NCBI GenBank assembly: GCA_005223125.1 | Contig: NJBH01000014.1 | Span: 1-64,000 of the forward strand | From: Promethearchaeota archaeon Loki_b32 | GTDB taxonomy: Archaea; Asgardarchaeota; Lokiarchaeia; Sigyniarchaeales; SOKP01 | Direction: 5' to 3' | Length of the DNA stretch: 64,000 nucleotides | Shown here: positions 19,706 to 31,548 of the stretch, in pieces | Layout of the letters: each line of letters opens with the position of its first letter | How positions within the stretch are numbered: position 1 is the first letter of the stretch | Notes under the pieces: generated by a model | The model's database searches: none | The model's input: the letters and a program-made list of their open reading frames with translations, nothing else | Told to the model about the DNA's origin: nothing | Translations under genes and position numbers: made by a program

Positions 19706-20205
19706 AGATTCTAATTGATACTTCTTACTTTCTACCTCTCATTAAAATCGGGATTGAAGATATTCCTCAAACTATCTTGGTTAATCTCTTATCCAAGACG
19801 TCTCATGAATATTTTTACTCAAATCTGACTCTTTTTGAACTCACAGCGAAGGGATTAAAGCTTTCATCTCAAAAAAATACAATAACACCACAAGATATAA
19901 GGATTGGAATTGATGCCACTCAAAACGACTTACGCCTCACAGAAAAATCGTTTACTGATAATCCATTAATCATTGAATTAGCATCTCAATTAAAAGTAAT
20001 TCATAATGATACAATTGATTGTTTGATTTTTTCAACTGCTATTTGTACATGTGATTGTATCATTACTATGTATGATTCGTTGTTTGATAAAATCAATAAA
20101 ACTCCCCCTTTAATCAAGAAAATAAGAGAATTCAATGAGAACTTCCGTTTTTGGTTCAATGACCTCTCAGAGGATTTAAAGGGTCTTAATTCAATTGACT
20201 TATAG
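19702..20205 (+). CDS. vapC: PIN-domain toxin (VapC)
   Basis: ILIDTS, TLFEL, DTIDCLIFSTA, IITMYD. Confidence 0.85.
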   Translation: MKILIDTSYFLPLIKIGIEDIPQTILVNLLSKTSHEYFYSNLTLFELTAKGLKLSSQKNTITPQDIRIGIDATQNDLRLTEKSFTDNPLIIELASQLKVIHNDTIDCLIFSTAICTCDCIITMYDSLFDKINKTPPLIKKIREFNENFRFWFNDLSEDLKGLNSIDL

Positions 20206-20358
20206 AATATGGATTCTATATTTGTTAGGTTTGAGATTATGGGAGGTGTTGATTATAGATCAAGGAATCTAAAAAATAAATATTAGTAGATACCTTAAAT
20301 AGAGCAAAAATATTTTTATTATATTAAATAAATTATTTGAGAGAAAAAAGTTTAAAAG

Positions 20359-21426
20359 ATGGGTGAATTCAAGCCTAAAATTTTAGTTGCGTCAGACATT
20401 CATTTAGGTTCCTTAGATAGTGAAAGAGAGTTATTTATTCAATTTTTAAAAGAAATAATTAAGGGGGAATTTGGGAAAGAGTTGCAAGCTCTCATAATAT
20501 TGGGAGATTTTATTGATTTATGTATGGATGTTCCTGAACGTATTTTAAAAAGGGAAAAAATCCAAGAAATCTTCACGCTTTTGCTTGAAATTAAAAAGCA
20601 AATTAATCTCATATTTGTTCTGGGGAATCATGAAATTCCTGTTACTGGAGATTACGACGAGAAATTTAAACGTCGAGAACTTAAGTTTTTGCGCAAATTT
20701 AAAAATAGCGATTTCAGTGAACTGTTTAACCAAGAGTTATACTGTCAATATTTAATATTAAAAAAGTGGAACGACGAAGACATGCTCTTATTATACGATT
20801 CGCGAGATCAAATTGAAAGTAATCCAATTAAGAAAATAAAAATTGAGGGACTTGATTTAGATACCGATTATAGGTGTTTTATGACACATGGTTATCAATT
20901 TGATAGTGACATATATCGATTTTTTGTAGGGCAAATATGGAAATCTTTAATCTCAAATAATAAATTTGAAGTAAAAGAAACATACGATTATTTCTGGAAC
21001 GAAGTAATTAAGGAGAGAAGAAAAATCAAACCTATTACATTCATACAAATGAAACAAGAGTTAGCTACACTAAAAAATATGTCTTTAGATTCGATAAATT
21101 CACTTTTTTTAGAATTAAGTAATTTGGAATTTAATTTAATTAAAACTAACATGCGTATTATGACAAAATGGGAACGTGCAGCTAATCCTGATTATTATTT
21201 TGATGAAATAAAAGAGTTTTTAGAGGATGATGAATATGACTTTTCAAAAATTAACCATGTTATATATGGACATACTCATCATAGCGGAATATCTTATGGA
21301 AATATAAATAATCAGAAAGTAGAAATAATAAATGATGGATCTTGGCAGCATATGCATCCATCTTACGTAGAAATTGTATCTAAGGGAAAATTAAATTTAA
21401 AATCTTATAAAAATAATAAGCTTTAA
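20359..21426 (+). CDS. Calcineurin-like metallophosphoesterase (LpxH-like)
   Basis: SDIHLG, LGDFID, GNHE, THG, GHTH, NDGSW. Confidence 0.9.
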   Translation: MGEFKPKILVASDIHLGSLDSERELFIQFLKEIIKGEFGKELQALIILGDFIDLCMDVPERILKREKIQEIFTLLLEIKKQINLIFVLGNHEIPVTGDYDEKFKRRELKFLRKFKNSDFSELFNQELYCQYLILKKWNDEDMLLLYDSRDQIESNPIKKIKIEGLDLDTDYRCFMTHGYQFDSDIYRFFVGQIWKSLISNNKFEVKETYDYFWNEVIKERRKIKPITFIQMKQELATLKNMSLDSINSLFLELSNLEFNLIKTNMRIMTKWERAANPDYYFDEIKEFLEDDEYDFSKINHVIYGHTHHSGISYGNINNQKVEIINDGSWQHMHPSYVEIVSKGKLNLKSYKNNKL

Positions 21427-21651
21427 TGATGAACGGTATATAGATTTTTTTTTAGCTTATAATCTGGAAATAAATCTTTTTCATTCAAACCCAATTCAAC
21501 ACAGATTTATATTTATATGTTCAAAACTTATAAATCCCAGCTTTTATTTTTAATTATTAAGTTTTTTTTTTAATATAGGTCAATATCATAAAACAATACT
21601 TAACAAAACTATTATCAAAAATAAATTTAGAATTAGGAGATAAACTTAATC

Positions 21652-22242
21652 ATGCTAAAAGCCGAGAAAACTGATACAAAACCCATATATATTTTTAAAG
21701 TTTGCATTCTTGGTCAAGAGCGTGTAGGGAAAACGTGCATTGCAAGGAGATTATGTTTTAATACATTTGATGTAAATACAAAAGAAACTTTAGGAATCGA
21801 ATTTTACACAAAGGATATTCCTATTATTGTGGATGGAGATGACTCATTCGTCCGAATCAGTATTTGGGATTTTGGTGGACGAGAGCAATTTAAAAAGCTT
21901 TTCCCATATTACATTAATGGCGCCAATGGAATTTTTATGGTATTTAACTTAGTTGATCTTCAAACTCTACTTAGATTAGACTGGTGGTATGAGAAATTAA
22001 ACGAATATAATCAGACGAATACGCCAAGAATGTGTGTTGGAGCTAAAAATGATCTTGTTAATACTGTAGATGAAAAATTTAAAGTAGATGAGTTAGTAAT
22101 TAAAAGGTTTATGGACAGACATGAAGAACATGATTTTTATAAAACATCCTCAAAGGAGAACTTTAACATTGATGTAATTTTTAAAGAACTCCTTTTAAAC
22201 ATATTAAAGAAAAATAAACTGGATTATGACCGATTACTATAG
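21652..22242 (+). CDS. Rab-like small GTPase
   Basis: GQERVGKT, TLGIEF, WDFGGREQF, AKND, TSSKENFNI. Confidence 0.88.
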   Translation: MLKAEKTDTKPIYIFKVCILGQERVGKTCIARRLCFNTFDVNTKETLGIEFYTKDIPIIVDGDDSFVRISIWDFGGREQFKKLFPYYINGANGIFMVFNLVDLQTLLRLDWWYEKLNEYNQTNTPRMCVGAKNDLVNTVDEKFKVDELVIKRFMDRHEEHDFYKTSSKENFNIDVIFKELLLNILKKNKLDYDRLL

Positions 22243-22314
22243 AATGTTGTAATTAAATCCTTTTTTTACATATTTAATATTTGATAAATTTATTTATTTT
22301 AAGGTAAAGTAGAA

Positions 22315-23393
22315 ATGGTTGATATTTTTCATGAGGAAGATGGAGATCTTTCATTTTTAAAAAATAAAATAATAAGCATTATTGGTTATGGAAATCAAGG
22401 GAGAGCGCAAGCACTTAATTTAAAAGATTCTGGATTAAGTGTAATTGTAGGTAACATTGAGGATAAGTATAAGAAAATCGCTCTAAACGATAATTTTTCA
22501 GTTTACCCCATTAATGAAGCGACTGAAAAATCAGATATCGTCTTTTTATTAATCCCTGATGAGATAATGAATGAAATCTTTGAAAAAGAAATCAGGCCTA
22601 ATTTAAAATCAAAGTCTACACTTGTCTTTGCAAGCGGTTATAATATTGGTTTTAACCTCCTTGAGCCCCCTAAAAATGTAGATGTATTATTGATTGCTCC
22701 CAGAATGATAGGTGTTGGTGTGAGAGAGAATTTTCTTAAAAATGAAGGATTTTTTAGCTTTATTGCAATTGAGCAGGATGCTTCTGGACAGGCTCAGGAT
22801 ATATTACTTGCCTTATCTAAAGGGATTGGAACATTAAAAAAAGGTGCAATAAAGTTAACATTCAAACAAGAAGCCGAATTAGATTTATTTAATGAACAAG
22901 GATTTGGACCTGCTTTTGGAAGGGTTTTATTATCAAGTATTTACACTTTAATTGATGCAGGATACCCTCCGGAAGCTGTGTTAATTGAAATGTATATGAG
23001 CAATGAAATGTCGTATACATAAAAAAATTTGCAGATATTGGATTAGTTAAACAAGTTGAGTTTCATTCCCAAACGAGCCAATATGGGGCTATGAGTAGAG
23101 GTATAAGATTTAGGAAGCTTCCTCTTAAATCTAAAATGTCTGAAATTTTAAAGGAAATTCAAGATGGCGAATTTACAAAAGAATGGGAGAAATCTATAAC
23201 TAAACTTAAGTTCAAGATGATAAAGTATTTTGCTACTAAAACAAAAATTAATAAATTAGAAAAACAAGTTAGAAAAAGCCTTAAATTGAAGGAATACGAT
23301 ATATATGAGGAAGAAGCGCCAACAGAAGAGGAGTTTGCTAAACTCGAAAGGATCTCAGACGAATTACAATTATTTGAACAATATTATGAATGA
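22315..23393 (+). pseudogene. ilvC: Ketol-acid reductoisomerase split by a 1-nt frameshift at about 23020
   Basis: IIGYGNQGRAQALNLKDSG, ELDLFNEQ; the -1 frame continues KKFADIGLVKQVEFHSQTSQYGAMSRG into ORF 23091..23393. Confidence 0.85.
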
Positions 23394-23404
23394 TTAGCTC
23401 CAGT

Positions 23405-24382
23405 TTAAATAAGAATAATTAATACTCCCAAAATAGTTAAAATTACCCCTAATAATCCTTTTTTTGTTAATTTTTCTTTATTTATAAAATAAGTTAGTGG
23501 AAGAGCAAATAAAGGGGCAGTACTTGCAATTAAAGCTACTACACTAGCCCCTGCTATATGTACTGATTCAGTATATAGGTATGCACCCAATGAAGTACCA
23601 ATTATTGAAGCAATTATGAGAAAAAACCATGAACGAAGAGATATCTTTTGATTTAATGAATTATCAATTTTTTTCTTTAGGCAATTTTCCCTCCATACTA
23701 TTGAACCCAAAATTAATAATGCAAATGGAAACCTAATTACATTTCCGATAATAGAACTTAATTCTTCAACATGAATGATTCCATCTATTTTGATGATTGC
23801 AAATTCAATTAATACAGCTCCAATAGCCCAACCGATAGCAGCAGTGAAACAAAAACCTAATGCTTTCATAAATTCTTTTTCAAATATCTCTTGAAATCTG
23901 ATTTTTTTTGAACCTTGTGTGACAGGGTCCTTTTCAAGCATTGAATTATCAGAATCTATTTTTGTTTTTCCAATAATAGTAATTCCAATTCCAATCAAAA
24001 TTAGGGATATAAATAAATTAGGTTTAAATGGTTGATTAAGAAAGATTAGAGATAATATAAAAGTAAAGAAAGGAAATGTCATCGAAACTGCTAGAGCTAT
24101 AGTAGTGCCTAGTTCCTTTTGAGCAGTAAAATAAGCAGTATCTCCAATTACTTGCCCAAAAACGAAACTCAAAATTAAAACTAACCATAATTCCCATGGA
24201 ATCATAATTACTAAATTGATTTGATTTAGGGATAAAATGATAAGAATAAAAGTTAATGTACCTATCCCTGTTCGAATAAAATTAATAAAAACTGGACTAA
24301 CTTCATATTCTGCTTTACGAAAAATCGCATTAGATCCAACAAATGTTAGCACAGCTGAAATTGCAATAAGTTCTCCCAACAT
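23405..24382 (-). CDS. DMT/EamA family transporter
   Basis: 10 TM in two repeats; GDTAYF, PFFTFILSLIFL, PLFALPL..KEK. Confidence 0.88.
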   Translation of the reverse strand: MLGELIAISAVLTFVGSNAIFRKAEYEVSPVFINFIRTGIGTLTFILIILSLNQINLVIMIPWELWLVLILSFVFGQVIGDTAYFTAQKELGTTIALAVSMTFPFFTFILSLIFLNQPFKPNLFISLILIGIGITIIGKTKIDSDNSMLEKDPVTQGSKKIRFQEIFEKEFMKALGFCFTAAIGWAIGAVLIEFAIIKIDGIIHVEELSSIIGNVIRFPFALLILGSIVWRENCLKKKIDNSLNQKISLRSWFFLIIASIIGTSLGAYLYTESVHIAGASVVALIASTAPLFALPLTYFINKEKLTKKGLLGVILTILGVLIILI

Positions 24383-24460
24383 TGAATAAATGAATTAAAG
24401 AGTACATAAATTGTTTTGTATTATATTTTGCTTAAATGTGAAAATAAGATAAGATATTAA

Positions 24461-25927
24461 TTAATTGTCTTCTTTATTTAGCCTCGCCAATTTCTTACCA
24501 TATTCATATAATTTCAAGAATGATTTAGCAGCAGCTTCAATTGTATGATAAACAAGGAATTTGTCTTCCATTAACATACTAGTAAATTTTACTTGAGATT
24601 CACTGGGATATTGGTGTAAAATAATAATAAAAATTTTGTTTAAAGATTCAACGTAGGATCTTAACTCTAAAAGATTGTTATAATAATTTTTGAAATGCAT
24701 ATCTTCCATATCCCTCCATGCATCTGTTTCAACTATTACTAAATCAATATTGTCGTCAATGGCGGCTTTACACAATTCTACAAACTCCTTACGATGAATA
24801 ATCCATGGTAAATCAAACGGATTTGATAAACTACCGATTTTTAGTGGATATATATCTCTAAGGCTATCTAAAGTTTCACCTTCAAAATAAGGTAATTCTA
24901 ATCCTAATTCTGTTAAAGTATCAGTAGCTAAAATTCCAAAACCACCAGACCAAAGTATAACCAATGCTCGCTTATTTTCTGGATAAAATAAATTATTATG
25001 ATCTTTAATTCGAGGAATATAATGAGAAAAGAGATACACGTAATCTATTAAATCATCTAAAGAAGGAGGTATGTCAATAACAGGTGTTTGTTTAAAAATA
25101 GCACCCCAAATATTACTTTTAGTTGCTAGGGCTCCAGTATGTGTTAATATGGCAGTTTGACCCCTTTTAGTCCTTCCTCCTCTCATAAATAATACGGGTT
25201 TTTTCATTTTTTTTAAAACATTGAATAATGTTCTCCCTTCATTTTTGTAGAGAGGAGAAATCCCTTCAAAATAAACGCAAATTACATCAGTAGAGGTATC
25301 CTGATTAAAAAAATTTAAAATTTCTGAAATTTGTATATCTACACAATTTCCAATACTTATTCCAATTGAAAATCTAAGATTATATCTTTTTGAACCAAAC
25401 TTAATCATCTTAGAATGTAGATCTCCTGATTGGAAAATAAGACCGATATTCCCTTCTTCTATAGGAAATGATGAGTAATAAGCCGTTTTTCCTCGTGGAC
25501 TGTATAATCCCATGCAATTGGGGCCTATAGCTCTTGTATTTTTATAACTATCTAACAATTCTTTTAACTGACGCTCAATTTCTATACCTTTCTCGTCAAG
25601 TTCCCCTGTCCCTGCAGTAAAAACATGAATGAAATTTACTTTTTTCTTCAGCAAAATCTCTTTCAATGATTTTATTAGCAACTCTCTTCTCACAGATAAA
25701 ATTAAAAGATCTATTGTATCCTCTTGAATGTCATCAATAGTTTTATAGCATTGAATTTCTGAATATACTTCTTCTTTTGTTGAAATTAGATATAATTTCT
25801 CTAAATCAAAGCCTTGTCTTTTAAATCCATCAACAAAAAAAGAAATTTTTTGATTGAAATTAAGAATTGCTACAATTTTAGGTTTAAACAATGAATCTAA
25901 TGAATATTTATTAATCTTCTTCTCCAT
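24461..25927 (-). CDS. Acyl-CoA synthetase (NDP-forming) alpha-subunit-like, CoA-binding
   Basis: IGPNCMG, QSG, SIGNCVDI, YFEG, HTGAL (phospho-His), SGGFG, NPFDL. Confidence 0.85.
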   Translation of the reverse strand: MEKKINKYSLDSLFKPKIVAILNFNQKISFFVDGFKRQGFDLEKLYLISTKEEVYSEIQCYKTIDDIQEDTIDLLILSVRRELLIKSLKEILLKKKVNFIHVFTAGTGELDEKGIEIERQLKELLDSYKNTRAIGPNCMGLYSPRGKTAYYSSFPIEEGNIGLIFQSGDLHSKMIKFGSKRYNLRFSIGISIGNCVDIQISEILNFFNQDTSTDVICVYFEGISPLYKNEGRTLFNVLKKMKKPVLFMRGGRTKRGQTAILTHTGALATKSNIWGAIFKQTPVIDIPPSLDDLIDYVYLFSHYIPRIKDHNNLFYPENKRALVILWSGGFGILATDTLTELGLELPYFEGETLDSLRDIYPLKIGSLSNPFDLPWIIHRKEFVELCKAAIDDNIDLVIVETDAWRDMEDMHFKNYYNNLLELRSYVESLNKIFIIILHQYPSESQVKFTSMLMEDKFLVYHTIEAAAKSFLKLYEYGKKLARLNKEDN

Positions 25928-26519
25928 TTTTATCCTTAATTTTTAATGTTAAATTTGAATTACAATTATAACAAAATTTAGGGATAGATTCAAATTCAAT
26001 TCCGCAATTAGGACAAACAACTTTGCTAGTGCCTGCGATTGCGGATAAATCTTCCATTTGAGTCTCAGTCTTAAATTGGATAACTTTTCTTAAAATTAAT
26101 GACAATCCAATTGATATTCCAACTAGTACAATTCCAAGTAAGATTGTATGTAGGAAATGAAATTGAAAATTAGAATCAAAATAAATTCGTGAATATCTCC
26201 TTAAAAATACATAAAGAAAAAAATTTGGAAAGAAAAATGTCATTAAATTCATTGAATAAGCTTTTTTACAATTACTATAAATAAAAATTGGAATTAATGA
26301 TACCAAAATCCAGCTAGTATATAAAAAGTTAAGACCAAATAAATTATCAAATAACGTATAATTTGCTAAAATTTGTATAATTTTTTCTCGCTCTATTGAA
26401 ATATCTTCATCAAGAGATATATCAATCTCATAGCCGATGCCATAAATTAAAAGGCTTAAAAGCAGTATTTGAATAATAAATATAATTATTCTGCTTCTAA
26501 AAACTTCAATTATCTTCAT
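25911..26519 (-). CDS. Membrane protein with C-terminal zinc ribbon
   Basis: 4 hydrophobic segments; CPNCG...FCYNC. Confidence 0.75.
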   Translation of the reverse strand: MKIIEVFRSRIIIFIIQILLLSLLIYGIGYEIDISLDEDISIEREKIIQILANYTLFDNLFGLNFLYTSWILVSLIPIFIYSNCKKAYSMNLMTFFFPNFFLYVFLRRYSRIYFDSNFQFHFLHTILLGIVLVGISIGLSLILRKVIQFKTETQMEDLSAIAGTSKVVCPNCGIEFESIPKFCYNCNSNLTLKIKDKNGEED

Positions 26520-26676
26520 TATTATGTAATTAAATTTATCGATACATTAAATTCTTTTTTAAGGCTTTAAAATTTAAAACTTTTGAATTATTGATATTTA
26601 AATCAAAGTTATTGTTAATTTCTGCCATTAAAAAAAAAAAGAAAAGTAAATTAAAGTATTTTCATAATTTGTGTTT

Positions 26677-27066
26677 TCAAGTTATTTTCTGTAATTTCTT
26701 CCTCGATACTATGACTATTGTTATTCCAACTATTAAGGTTATCGTTAGAATTTCAACGTAATATCCCGGAATAAAGGGTTATTCTTCACTTGTATCAAAA
26801 TATGCTGTAAATACCGGATCGTGAACGAGTTTTCCTCCCCCACTCTCACCATACTTAGGATAACACGTAATAAAGAAAGCCGCAGTTTCATTTGGATGAA
26901 AACCTTCCCAAGCATCTTCAAATGGTACTCCATGGGTGAATTGGTTTGTTTGATTCACAGCATAACTTATCATTAATCGAGCAAAATCACCCATTAATGG
27001 AAGCATCCCGGAGACAAAATTAATGAATTCTGAATCATCATTTACATCTAAACATTCATAAAGAAT
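26677..27066 (-). pseudogene. Remnant C-terminus of a surface protein with IPGY-TM-basic (Loki-CTERM-like) sorting signal
   Basis: ...GGKLVHDPVFTAYFDTSEE-TAA-PFIPGYYVEILTITLIVGITIVIVSRKKLQKIT* in one frame; 5' part missing. Confidence 0.7.
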
Positions 27067-27280
27067 CTATTTGAAAATTAAAAGTCCCTAAAACAATAAA
27101 ATTTTTAATATTTGCTATCTTTATTTATGTACAGTGGAAGACTTGTACTCTTATTTTTTAAAATTAACATTATATCATTGTTATAGAGGATGTTTTCTCC
27201 CATGAGTTGTATTTCTTCTTCTAAATTTGTAAAAGAAAGTAAAAATCTTGAGGTATTTTAATTATGGAGGTATTTAGCTT

Positions 27281-30202
27281 ATGAGTTATACATTTTCAAG
27301 AATGAAAATGATTGAAAAAATCAAGTTTGGGTTATTAAGTCCCAATGAAATCCGTAGAATGTCTGCGGCTCGTATAATTACTGCTGATACATATGATGAG
27401 GATGGTCTCCCGATCCCGAGTGGACTTATGGACCAAAGACTAGGTACCATCGAACCTGGCCAACGTTGTCAAACGTGTGGTAATCTAGTAAGCAATTGTA
27501 TGGGCCATTTTGGGCACATAGAATTAGCCCGTCCAATTATTCATGTAGGATATGCAAAAAAAGTCTTAAAAGTATTACGGAGTATTTGTCCCGAATGCTC
27601 TCGTTTACTGCTAACTGAAGATGAAAAAGAGAAATTCAGAGAAGAACAATTAAAACACAGAAAAATTTTTTTTGAAGGTGATGAGGATGCGGCTAAAATT
27701 GTGTTTAAAAGAGCAAGAAAATCGAAATTATGCCCATATTGTGGAGCTAAAAAGAAAAAAATAGTAATTGAGAAACCTACTACATTTTATGAAGAAGAAG
27801 AAGGAAGAGGCTCACGGAGAATAACACCTATTGAGATTTTAGAACGATTAAAAAAAATTGGAGACGTAGATCTCAGGATTCTTGGTATTTCACCTGAGAA
27901 TGCAAGACTTGAATGGGTTATATTTACGGTCTTACCAATTCCTCCTGTATGTGCGAGACCATCAATTACATTAGATAGTGGTATTCGTTCTGAAGATGAT
28001 TTAACACATAAATTGGTTGATGTTATTCGAATTAACCAAAGATTAAGGGAAAATATTGATGCGGGAGCACCACATTTAATAGTTGAAGATCTATGGGAAC
28101 TATTACAATATCATATTACTACCTATTTTGATAATCAAGTGTCTGGGATCCCTCCTGCAAGACACCGTTCTGGTAGAGCACTTAGAACATTAACTCAGAG
28201 GTTAAAAGGGAAAGAAGGTAGATTTAGAAGCAATTTAAGTGGAAAGCGAGTTGATTTTTCTGCTCGTAGTGTTATTTCACCAAATCCATATATAAGTATC
28301 AATGATGTTGGAGTACCAATAGAAATTGCGAAAATATTAACAATTCCCACTAATGTTAACGATTGGAATATCGAAGAAATGAAACAATTGGTTTTAAGTG
28401 GACCTTTTAGACATCCAGGTGCTAATTATATAATACGTAATGATCGCAGAAGAATTGATCTTCGATATGTAAAAAACCGGAAGATTATTGCTGATATGCT
28501 CACACCAGGTTTTACAATCGAACGCCATCTAAATGAGGGAGATTTAGTATTATTTAATCGTCAACCTTCCCTTCATAGAATGTCAATAATGGCACACGAA
28601 GTAAAAATAATGGAAGGGAGAACATTTCGATTAAATTTGACTGTATGTCCACCATATAACGCTGATTTTGATGGTGATGAAATGAATTTGCATGTACCTC
28701 AAAGTGAAGAGGCTCGTACAGAAGCAGAGTTACTTCTTAAAGTTCAAAATCACATATTATCTCCACGATTTGGTGGGCCAATATTAGGTGGAATTCAAGA
28801 TTTTATTTCAAGTGTATTTCAATTCACGAGTAAAAATTCAATATACAATAAAAAGGATGCATTAAAATTATTATATACTGGAGATGTTTATAAAAATAAT
28901 CCTAATTTTAATTTAGATCAACTCACACCGGTAACAGTTGATCCAGAACCAATGTATTCTGGAAAAGAAATTTTTAGCACATTGTTTCCAGATGATCTTA
29001 ATATTAGAGTAAAATCTAAGTTTTGTAAGAAATGCGAAGTTTGTGAAGAAGAAAATTGCTTATACGATGCTTATGTCGTAATAAGAAATGGTAAATTGGT
29101 AACTGGAACTATTGATGAAAACTCCTTTGGTGCTATGCAATCAAATAGTATATTACAACGCATTATTAAAGATCATGGTAACGCCTTAGGAAGAATATTT
29201 TTAGATAGTGCAACTAAGATGCTCTTATATGTTATTAGACAGAATGGAATGACAATGGGATTGGATGAGGTTTATGTACATGGACAAGCCTATGAAGAGA
29301 TAGAAAAAATATTGGATGATGCTAATACAGAATCTAATAAATTAATTGATGCATTCAACGATAATGATACAACTTTTCTTAGAAGGGCTCCTGGTCGTTC
29401 AATGAGAGAAACTTTAGAATTAAGAATCAGGCAAGTTTTAGCAGAAGCAAGAAAAAAAGCAGAAGAAACTGCAGCAGGTTTTATTGGTGATGAAGCTCAT
29501 TCTGTTATTATGACTAAATCTGGAGCTCGAGGAAATATATTAAATTTAGGACAAATGTCTGCCGTTGTTGGACAACAAGCGATTAGAGGTGAACGAATTA
29601 ATCGAGGATATAGTATGAGAACACTACCACATTTTAAAGTCAATGATCTTTCACCCAAATCTCGAGGTTTCGTTTCTTCTTCCTATAGAAATGGATTAAA
29701 ACCAGTAGAATTTTTCTTTCATGCAATGGGTGGAAGAGAAGGTTTAGTTGATACTGCAGTAAGAACATCCACATCTGGATATATGCAACGAAGGTTAGTA
29801 AATGCATTTCAGGATATGGTTGTTGAAAATGATGGCACTGTCAGAAACTCGGACAAAAATGTTATTCAATTTCGCTTTGGAGATGATGGGATTGATGCCA
29901 TGCACACTGATCATGGTGCTGCTGTTAATTTAGATGTTTTATTATTGAAGGCTAAAGCTTTGAATGTTGAAGAAGTACGTAAAGAAATTAAAAATATTCC
30001 TACAGAAAAAAAATCACCTCCTAAGAAAAAAATAGTCTCAAAAGAAAAACCCATCGAAAGTACTACTGATAAAGCTAAAAAAGAAGATGGGGATGAAGAT
30101 TCCCTAATGCAGAAATTTGAAGAAGAAACTGGTAAAAAAGCAAAGTGGCGCGGTAAAGAAACTAAAGCTTATTTAAATTGGAAAGAAGAAAAATTGGGAT
30201 AA
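27281..30202 (+). CDS. rpoA1: RNA polymerase subunit A' (Rpo1N)
   Basis: NADFDGDEMN catalytic motif, CMGHFGH, GREGLVDTAVRTSTSGY. Confidence 0.99.
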   Translation: MSYTFSRMKMIEKIKFGLLSPNEIRRMSAARIITADTYDEDGLPIPSGLMDQRLGTIEPGQRCQTCGNLVSNCMGHFGHIELARPIIHVGYAKKVLKVLRSICPECSRLLLTEDEKEKFREEQLKHRKIFFEGDEDAAKIVFKRARKSKLCPYCGAKKKKIVIEKPTTFYEEEEGRGSRRITPIEILERLKKIGDVDLRILGISPENARLEWVIFTVLPIPPVCARPSITLDSGIRSEDDLTHKLVDVIRINQRLRENIDAGAPHLIVEDLWELLQYHITTYFDNQVSGIPPARHRSGRALRTLTQRLKGKEGRFRSNLSGKRVDFSARSVISPNPYISINDVGVPIEIAKILTIPTNVNDWNIEEMKQLVLSGPFRHPGANYIIRNDRRRIDLRYVKNRKIIADMLTPGFTIERHLNEGDLVLFNRQPSLHRMSIMAHEVKIMEGRTFRLNLTVCPPYNADFDGDEMNLHVPQSEEARTEAELLLKVQNHILSPRFGGPILGGIQDFISSVFQFTSKNSIYNKKDALKLLYTGDVYKNNPNFNLDQLTPVTVDPEPMYSGKEIFSTLFPDDLNIRVKSKFCKKCEVCEEENCLYDAYVVIRNGKLVTGTIDENSFGAMQSNSILQRIIKDHGNALGRIFLDSATKMLLYVIRQNGMTMGLDEVYVHGQAYEEIEKILDDANTESNKLIDAFNDNDTTFLRRAPGRSMRETLELRIRQVLAEARKKAEETAAGFIGDEAHSVIMTKSGARGNILNLGQMSAVVGQQAIRGERINRGYSMRTLPHFKVNDLSPKSRGFVSSSYRNGLKPVEFFFHAMGGREGLVDTAVRTSTSGYMQRRLVNAFQDMVVENDGTVRNSDKNVIQFRFGDDGIDAMHTDHGAAVNLDVLLLKAKALNVEEVRKEIKNIPTEKKSPPKKKIVSKEKPIESTTDKAKKEDGDEDSLMQKFEEETGKKAKWRGKETKAYLNWKEEKLG

Positions 30203-30216
30203 AATAATTAGTTTAA

Positions 30217-31440
<1,224 letters not shown>

Positions 31441-31548
31441 CCGAAAACTTTTAATTAGGATGAAATTATAGATGTGCTTAAATAAAAAAATTAAATATTA
31501 AAAAAGTATTATTCTTATTAGTTAATATAGATACTGATTGAAAATATC

